A DNA stretch of 64,000 bases from positions 238,850 to 302,849 of the forward strand of contig OZ246418.1 in the NCBI GenBank assembly GCA_965231155.1, written 5' to 3'. This stretch comes from an uncultured Candidatus Saccharibacteria bacterium. Its GTDB lineage: Bacteria; Patescibacteriota; Minisyncoccia; UBA6257; 2-01-FULL-56-20. Below are positions 57,436 through 64,000 of this stretch, piece after piece. Positions within the stretch are counted from its first letter, which is position 1. Every line of letters begins with the position of its first letter. A model generated the notes under the pieces. It was not told the origin of the DNA. It saw only the letters and a list, made by a program, of their open reading frames with translations, and ran no database searches. Both the position numbers and the translations under genes were made by a program.

Positions 57436-59307
57436 TTGCTTTTTTCTATGCTCGACGACTCAAGAAAATGGACTCTTATCGTGCTTGGACTTGTGCTCAT
57501 AGTGAGCGTTTCTAGTTTTTTCTTCACCGGATTCTCACCAGAAAAAAGACCTGGCCAACTCGATATCACTGGGACAAAAAACCAAAACTCCTCACCCTTA
57601 AGGAGCGGCTATCAAACGGGGAACTCCTCGGGACAGGAAGCTGCGATAATGGAACCAGTGAGGCTCCCATCTTCAAACGCCACTGAAAATTTAGCCTATC
57701 TTCTTTCTAATAATACTGCCATCTCCTACCAGGCTGGAGTGGCTACGAAAGGCGCCTTCGCTCCGGTTTCTAAAGAGGCAGTGAGTGCGGCGGTTACCCT
57801 TGTCGCCACCAAGGCATTAGAAGAAACAAATGTCACTCCCTCCACTTTTGTAGTTATCGAAAAACCAACCATCAAGGAAGTAGAAACATATTTTGAACAA
57901 GTTACAAAGATTCTCAAAGAAGAGGCAACTAATCCAGCCGTTGATCAGGTAGCGAAGAATGGAATAACTCTGACGAAGATACGTGCGGCTCAGGCCGTTT
58001 TCGCAACACAGGAGAAAAAAATCCTTGCCCTCAAGGTTCCAAAGAATTTTTTAGAAGTTCATAAAAAACTTCTTTCACTCACAAGAAATTACCGTTTGTT
58101 CTTTGAAAGCGCAGCCCACTACAAAGATGATCCGCTAAAGGCAGTATTCGTAGTTCAAAATAAACAACCACTACTGGCTCGACAGGGGAATGATCTGGTT
58201 AATGAAATAAAGAAACTCACCACCAAGAAGGCAGCGCTTACACCAACTCCTCTTGAAGAACTTTTAGGAATCAAGAAGGTTGAAGCCCAACAAGCAGTTT
58301 TTGACGCCACTGTTTTCGGCCAGGCCATAGCGAACTTTGCCGAAGACGTAGCCTTCTACGCAGAAGACCTGGCTAACTGGGCAACAGAATACGCTCAAAA
58401 AATACTCGAGTGGACGAGAAAATTAGCTACTGAACAGATGAAAAACACTCTCATACAACTTTTTGTGAAACAGACCGTTGGGTGGGTAAATGGCGGGGGA
58501 GAGGCTCAGTTTGTAACCAACTGGAAGCTTTTCGCTCAAGATGCAACGGCTCGAGGAACACAAAAAGGATTTACCGAAATTTCTGACTCGGCATGCGCCA
58601 CATTTGGACCATCAATTATCAGACAGCTTGGTGATTCTTATAACACCTTTTATCGTCCAGAAAATTGCCGTAAAAGCCCCACCGGAGAAGCTCTCGGTCA
58701 GTTTAGAGATAATAACTTTTTTGATGGAGGGTGGGGAGCGTATGGCTTAGCAATTAGTCCGAAAGGAAACTACTTCCAGAGCTATGTCGAGAACTCAACA
58801 AAGATTGGAGAACTTGCGGCTGAAGAAAAAGAAGCGGCCCAAAATGATGCCTTGGCCAATAGTGGTTTCAAATCAACAAAAATCTGTATCGACACTCCAG
58901 GAACTCCTGCACCAGATCCAGATGGGAGCTGTCCAGATGGTTCCGAACCGATAAATACAACCCCCGGAGTGGCACTGAAGGCAACGCTCGACAAAGCGCT
59001 TCAGGCTCCTGTGGATCGCATCGCAAACGCCGATGACTTGGTTGATTTGGGTTTTATTCTCTCCAACTCAGCACTTTCTAATATAGTAAGCGCCAAAGAA
59101 AAGGGTCTTTCCGGTCTCCTGGGTGGTGGCAATATAGCTGGTAGTCCAACTGATCCAGCCAATCTAAACCTGGAAAGTACCTGCGCCTCCTATGAGGAAA
59201 ACTCCACTGAATACTCCAGTTGTATGCTGATCGCCGGTGCTTCTACCGGATCAGCTTCACAAATCATCACCAATTTAGATAATCAGATTACGACTGCTCA
59301 GCAGTAG
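57436..59307 (+). CDS. Large signal-anchored extracytoplasmic protein, paralog 1 of a tandem pair (unknown family)
   Basis: TM 'WTLIVLGLVLIVSVSSFFF'; ~250-aa block 'LEWTRKLATEQMKN...FGPSIIRQLGDSYNTFYRPENCRK...DGGWGAYG...DGSCPDGSEP' shared with 59408..61864. Confidence 0.55.
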   Translation: MLFSMLDDSRKWTLIVLGLVLIVSVSSFFFTGFSPEKRPGQLDITGTKNQNSSPLRSGYQTGNSSGQEAAIMEPVRLPSSNATENLAYLLSNNTAISYQAGVATKGAFAPVSKEAVSAAVTLVATKALEETNVTPSTFVVIEKPTIKEVETYFEQVTKILKEEATNPAVDQVAKNGITLTKIRAAQAVFATQEKKILALKVPKNFLEVHKKLLSLTRNYRLFFESAAHYKDDPLKAVFVVQNKQPLLARQGNDLVNEIKKLTTKKAALTPTPLEELLGIKKVEAQQAVFDATVFGQAIANFAEDVAFYAEDLANWATEYAQKILEWTRKLATEQMKNTLIQLFVKQTVGWVNGGGEAQFVTNWKLFAQDATARGTQKGFTEISDSACATFGPSIIRQLGDSYNTFYRPENCRKSPTGEALGQFRDNNFFDGGWGAYGLAISPKGNYFQSYVENSTKIGELAAEEKEAAQNDALANSGFKSTKICIDTPGTPAPDPDGSCPDGSEPINTTPGVALKATLDKALQAPVDRIANADDLVDLGFILSNSALSNIVSAKEKGLSGLLGGGNIAGSPTDPANLNLESTCASYEENSTEYSSCMLIAGASTGSASQIITNLDNQITTAQQ

Positions 59308-59407
59308 GGGAATTTCTGTTTTATTTTTGGTTGTGTATATCTGAAACGCTCACGAAAGAGTCGGTTTTGCCCTATAATATAGAAGGTGGAATACGTTTCG
59401 CCCTCTT

Positions 59408-61864
59408 ATGCAACCGGATCTTAAAAAACTGATTACGGCATTTTTGGGAGTAGCACTCTTAAGTAGTGCTTTTAGCCTTGCTTTTATGCACTCCGGCGCC
59501 TTCCAGAATGAAAACGGAACAAGTAATGCTAACGGAGGTCTAACCCAGGAACAACGAAATGCATTCGCAGACATTTCTCTGGTTACTCCTCCCTGGAGAA
59601 CCTCTCAGGCTTTCAGCACTTCCGAGCCTGATATATTTACTTCTTCGAATCTGACTGAAAACTTTTCTCAGGCTCTTTCAAATGGAGTTTTTGAGGCTGC
59701 CAACAAAGAAAAGGCCTTTGATCAAGATAGTCTTAGTCGTGCAGTGGAAAAAATACAGTCCCGTATTTTTGAAGAGCCTCAAGTTCCTCTCCGCGATATC
59801 CAGATGAACGACAAGGCCAGCTGGGAAGAAAAAGTTGGCTATGTGAAAAGTGTTCGGGACATTATCAAAGAAACTGCTGAAAATCCTCTCTATAAAAATC
59901 TTGGTACAACAAAACTGGACACCGAACAAACCGAGGCGCTAAAAACTCTTTTCGAAAAACAACGAGGGCAGATAGTAACACTGAAAGTTCCAAAGGTAAT
60001 GGTGCCACTACACAAGGCCCTTCTCTCTTATAATTCTGGAAATCAAAAATTCTTCGAAGGACTAGGGGCATATGAAAAAGACCCGGTAAAAACTCTTCTG
60101 ATGCTTCAGCACAGAGAAGAACTACTTGGCGGTTATGCCACCAAGCTGATTGCCGAGCTCGACAATGTTGGTCCAGCCCTCAAGGTAAGTTATCTGGAAG
60201 AAAATAAGCCCTCTTGGATTCAGGATAGCGTTCTCTCCCTCTTTGCACCAAAAGTGGCTTACGCGACTGCACCGGTTATCGATTACTCAAACCTGGCGAA
60301 CGCGATTGCCAGCTTTATTGGTGATGCTATCAAGTATGCAAAAGATGCAGCCCACTTTATTAAAACCGAACTTGATGCCGCTCTGAAATGGGTGCAGACA
60401 CAACTCGAATGGGCAGAAAAGTTAGCCACTGAACAGCTGAAGAATGTCCTTGTTCAGTTGATGGTCCGCGCCTCTGTGGCCTGGGTAAACGGCGACGGCT
60501 CACCTCAGTTTGTAACCAACTGGCGTGTCTACACTGATGATGCCTTTGGCCTGGGGGTTGGAAAGGGCCTCGATGAAATCTCTGACGAAACCTGCGGAAT
60601 GTTTGGGCCTTCTATGATCAGACAGCTTGGCGATTCTTATAATACTTTCTACCGCCCCTCGAACTGTCGACAAACAGAAACCGGTCGAGCGTTAAGCACT
60701 TTTAGGAACAATAATTTTCAGGATGGAGGATGGGGGGCTTATGGTGTAGCCGTTAGTCCAAGAGGGAATTATTTCCAGAGCTATGCGAGAAATGCCGAAA
60801 AGATAGATCAGAGCGCCGAAAAAGAAGCTGAAGCAGCAATCAGTGACGCAATGGCTAGCAATGGATACAAACCAACCAAGGACTGTCCCGAATATGCCAG
60901 ACAAGCTCTCTCTAGTGAAGATTCAGCAAGTAGTCCTGCTGAGGGAGGTGAATTTTCTACAGACCCTCTTCCGGACGGAAGTTGTCCAGATGGTTCGGAA
61001 CCTCAGAACACCACGCCAGGAGCGATTATTGGCGAGGTTGCGAACAAAGCCTTCACTATCCCTGGTGATCGCATCGTAACTTCACAAAACCTTATTAGTC
61101 TTGGCTTCACCCTGGCAAACGGCGCCCTGACAAAAGTTATGACGGCAAAGAACAAGGGGCTCACAAGCCTAAACGATGGCGCTGCCCTCGGAGCTGCCGG
61201 AGAAAATGCCTCTTACAACCTTGCAGATACATGTTCTCGTTTTGCCTCTGGCACTCCTGGAAGAACCGACTGTCTCAATAATGTTGGTGCGGCCGAAGAG
61301 GTACAGACAAATCTTGATCTCAGAAATGCCAGCACTTCTAGACAGGCAGCTGATGATCAAGCACTGAGCAACCTGAAGAGCGATGCTGATAGTATCGCCC
61401 AGAACATAAACTCAACGATTTCTATTAATACAGAAACTATGTCTGTTATTAATGAACTCACTGTTGATCCCGATCTTCTTGGTCGAGTGATCCATATCTG
61501 CGGAAATCTAGGATTAAGCGAGCCTGGGCAGGAACGAATTCCTGAGGCACGAAGTCTTCAGGCCGACCTAGCGCAGTTAGGTCAAAACATCCCAGGAACA
61601 AATGTTGATAGAGATCTGATGGCAGCTCACCTATCAATCCTGAATCAGTCTAGAGATGCGAATCTACTACCAAGTTTGTTTACTCAGTTCACTACGAATT
61701 ATGGGACTGTTGCATCAACAACTGATGCCCTTTCTTTTGCCCAGAATCGCCGTGTCGCTGTCCGCCAGATTAAAGTCCAAGCCGAAGCCACCATCGCCAA
61801 GGCTTGCGATCCTTCGACTCCGTTTTCGACTTCCACAATTCCTGCCCTCATCCAGAACCCATGA
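59408..61864 (+). CDS. Large signal-anchored extracytoplasmic protein, paralog 2
   Basis: Same conserved block as paralog 1 ('LEWAEKLATEQLKN...FGPSMIRQLGDSYNTFYRPSNCRQ...DGGWGAYG...DGSCPDGSEP'), plus a longer C-terminal region. Confidence 0.55.
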   Translation: MQPDLKKLITAFLGVALLSSAFSLAFMHSGAFQNENGTSNANGGLTQEQRNAFADISLVTPPWRTSQAFSTSEPDIFTSSNLTENFSQALSNGVFEAANKEKAFDQDSLSRAVEKIQSRIFEEPQVPLRDIQMNDKASWEEKVGYVKSVRDIIKETAENPLYKNLGTTKLDTEQTEALKTLFEKQRGQIVTLKVPKVMVPLHKALLSYNSGNQKFFEGLGAYEKDPVKTLLMLQHREELLGGYATKLIAELDNVGPALKVSYLEENKPSWIQDSVLSLFAPKVAYATAPVIDYSNLANAIASFIGDAIKYAKDAAHFIKTELDAALKWVQTQLEWAEKLATEQLKNVLVQLMVRASVAWVNGDGSPQFVTNWRVYTDDAFGLGVGKGLDEISDETCGMFGPSMIRQLGDSYNTFYRPSNCRQTETGRALSTFRNNNFQDGGWGAYGVAVSPRGNYFQSYARNAEKIDQSAEKEAEAAISDAMASNGYKPTKDCPEYARQALSSEDSASSPAEGGEFSTDPLPDGSCPDGSEPQNTTPGAIIGEVANKAFTIPGDRIVTSQNLISLGFTLANGALTKVMTAKNKGLTSLNDGAALGAAGENASYNLADTCSRFASGTPGRTDCLNNVGAAEEVQTNLDLRNASTSRQAADDQALSNLKSDADSIAQNINSTISINTETMSVINELTVDPDLLGRVIHICGNLGLSEPGQERIPEARSLQADLAQLGQNIPGTNVDRDLMAAHLSILNQSRDANLLPSLFTQFTTNYGTVASTTDALSFAQNRRVAVRQIKVQAEATIAKACDPSTPFSTSTIPALIQNP

Positions 61865-63810
61865 TCTCAACACTCTCTTCCTGGAAAAAGTTTTTCGTTA
61901 TAGGCCTTCTTTTTTTAGCCCTCTTCTCTCAGGCTCTCTCTCCTGTACACGCAGCCAGTAGCACAGTTAACTTCCAGGCAGTGGCCAAAGAAGGACCAAC
62001 GACAAATCCTTGTGCGTGGAGAAGTCCTTCAACTTGGCCGGCCTGTTTCCTGGTTGCCGCTGCGTATCCCATTGGACTACTCGTCAGCTTCGGAGCTTAT
62101 CTTGTTGAGTGGGGGCTTATCATCAACTCTGAACTCGCCTACACCGAGATGATCAAGGGGGGATTTGGTGTTACCTTGGGAATTACGAACCTTTGTTTCG
62201 TGCTGGCTATTATCGTCATCGCCATAGCCACCATTATTGGCTACGAGTCGTATGGGATGAAAAAGAATCTGTGGAAGCTCATTGTGGCAGCTTTGTTAGT
62301 GAACTTCAGTTTGGTTATTTGTTCGGTCATCATTAGCTTCTTCGATCAGTTCGCCTACTACTTTGCAAGTAAGATGGGAAATCAAGGGTCAGGGCATTCT
62401 GGAGTTTCTCTCCAGTTGGCCAATATGTTCCAGTTAAACAAACTCGCCGCTTGGAGTTTCGGTGGAACATTAAGTAGGGTAGGCGCCTTCGTGGCAGTAC
62501 TTATAGGAATTCTATTGGCCGAGATATTGATCTTCTTCACCCTGATGGCGGTGGCCTTGAGTCTCATCGTTCGTTACTTCTATCTCTCGATTCTCATGAT
62601 TCTCATGCCTATCGCCTGGCTCAGCTGGGTAGTTCCAGGAATGCAAAAACACTGGAGCTCGTGGTGGGAAAAATTCATTCAGTGGGCGATCAGTCCAGCA
62701 CTCCTTCTGGCCTTTCTCTACATCGGCCTCTCTATTATGTCGAGCACCTCGACCACCGATACGCTTCAGCGATGGAACATTGCAGGGCGAGGTGGGGCTG
62801 GAGATGTCATAGATAATGTAGCCCCGCCAGAAGGAGGTGGTCCAGGATTCCTCGAGACTATTATGAAGATGTCAGTTGGACTGGCGTTGACCTGGGGTGG
62901 TATTGTAGCCGCCAACTCCGCTGGCGCGAAAGGCGCAGCCACCATTGTTGGCTGGGGAAATAAAGCGGGTAAGGTGGCAAAAAATCGTGCCACAATATTT
63001 GGGAAAAGAGCAGCAACTTATCGTCTACGACGACCCCAAGGGAGGGCCACAACCGAACGCATGCAAACCCTAGGAAATAACAGCAACAGCGCCTTCCTTA
63101 GAACCATTGCTGCTCCGGTCAGAATGGCTGGCACTGCGCTCTCGAATGCCAGAATAGAAGGAGAAAAAACACTCCACGAGTCAGAGAAGGCATACAAAGA
63201 TATGCCATTAGTAGAACAGGCACGACGTTTTGGCTCGACTCGTTTCGAAGACGAGGGTGCTCGATTTGCCATTCTTCACAATATTTACAAACCAATAGAA
63301 GAAGCCGAGAAGAAACAACGCGACCTTATTGAGAAACGAGAAGAAATCGAAAAGAGGAGAACCAAGGTTGACACCGAAAGAAGACGAACCTTCATAGAAA
63401 AAGGCGAAGGCTCGGCTGAGTACAAGGCTGTCACCGAACGGGCAACGAAGATAGAGAACGAATACACAGAGGTGAATGGAAATATTACGAAAGCTCATGC
63501 AGAAGTTGTGAAAACCCAAAAACTTCTTGATTTACTACCGAAGAATGCTCGCGAAGATCTCGGAACATTTAGCAATCTAACCAGCCTGCCCGGTCGCGTA
63601 GGAGATGTGAAATATACAAACACCAAATATGGAAGAATGTTCGTCCTTTATGGCGAACATGAAAAGAAACATAAAAAATCGCTCGAAGACGAGCTCAAAG
63701 AACGTTTTTCGAAAAAAGAAGATGACCATGGGGATGGTCACGACGCAGCGGGAGGTCATCCGGCGCCACAAGCTCCCACCTCAGGAACAGCAGACGAAGC
63801 CCATCACTAA
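61861..63810 (+). CDS. Polytopic membrane protein with a long charged coiled-coil C-terminal tail (VirB6/TrbL-like topology)
   Basis: ATGA start/stop overlap with the upstream gene; signal peptide 'MISTLSSWKKFFVIGLLFLALFSQALSPVHA'; at least 6 TM helices; K/E/R-rich ~250-aa C-terminus. Confidence 0.5.
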   Translation: MISTLSSWKKFFVIGLLFLALFSQALSPVHAASSTVNFQAVAKEGPTTNPCAWRSPSTWPACFLVAAAYPIGLLVSFGAYLVEWGLIINSELAYTEMIKGGFGVTLGITNLCFVLAIIVIAIATIIGYESYGMKKNLWKLIVAALLVNFSLVICSVIISFFDQFAYYFASKMGNQGSGHSGVSLQLANMFQLNKLAAWSFGGTLSRVGAFVAVLIGILLAEILIFFTLMAVALSLIVRYFYLSILMILMPIAWLSWVVPGMQKHWSSWWEKFIQWAISPALLLAFLYIGLSIMSSTSTTDTLQRWNIAGRGGAGDVIDNVAPPEGGGPGFLETIMKMSVGLALTWGGIVAANSAGAKGAATIVGWGNKAGKVAKNRATIFGKRAATYRLRRPQGRATTERMQTLGNNSNSAFLRTIAAPVRMAGTALSNARIEGEKTLHESEKAYKDMPLVEQARRFGSTRFEDEGARFAILHNIYKPIEEAEKKQRDLIEKREEIEKRRTKVDTERRRTFIEKGEGSAEYKAVTERATKIENEYTEVNGNITKAHAEVVKTQKLLDLLPKNAREDLGTFSNLTSLPGRVGDVKYTNTKYGRMFVLYGEHEKKHKKSLEDELKERFSKKEDDHGDGHDAAGGHPAPQAPTSGTADEAHH

Positions 63811-64000
63811 CGATCTACTTTCTCCACTAAACTACACACACCTACATGCCAGAAGATACACAAATGACCAATGAAGAAATCCGCGAGATGCTTGTCACGG
63901 CACCAGTCTGGGACAGTATTGTGTGGGATGCTATTCAGGAAGGAGATTACGCGCTCGTAGAGTCTCGTTTTGCAGATCTTCTTAAGGGTGAGTTGGAAAG

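Noticed and set aside
1-64000. CRISPR arrays, rRNA genes, transposases/IS elements, integrases
   Set aside because: No regularly spaced direct repeats with unique spacers, no 16S/23S/5S-like stretches and no recombinase-like ORFs were found anywhere in the window.

Overview
The window reads as a low-GC (~40-45%), gene-dense bacterial chromosome segment. Many small ORFs, reduced metabolism and several secreted or membrane proteins suggest a CPR/Patescibacteria-like genome, but that is an inference. Recognisable core genes are an ECF sigma operon, pepP, proB, eno-gpmA, rpmI-rplT-infC, a thyA-folA / dcd-folD-glyA one-carbon cluster, ftsH, tyrS, clpP, ppa, nusA, comM/yifB, a uvrD-like helicase and ksgA. 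RNA genes are a tmRNA (ssrA), tRNA-His, tRNA-Gly(UCC) and a tRNA with anticodon UAU. No rRNA, CRISPR array, transposase or integrase was seen.

The least ordinary parts are:
- a 5-gene same-strand operon with two tandem CYTH (triphosphate-tunnel) enzymes and two tandem ~570-aa cysteine-rich multi-zinc-ribbon paralogs;
- a ~7-kb region next to ssrA where small, unrelated, same-strand genes are separated by a repeated ~80-130-nt terminator(+promoter) module, with two direct-repeat copies of the tmRNA 3' end (a likely tandem-integration / cassette hotspot);
- a terminal locus with two paralogous large secreted proteins plus a VirB6/TrbL-like polytopic membrane protein;
- several sharply GC-rich islands (>55% GC), one of which (~11.8-12.3 kb) has no convincing ORF and may be a structured RNA;
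- an AT-rich 560-bp intergenic region packed with 16-32-bp palindromes.
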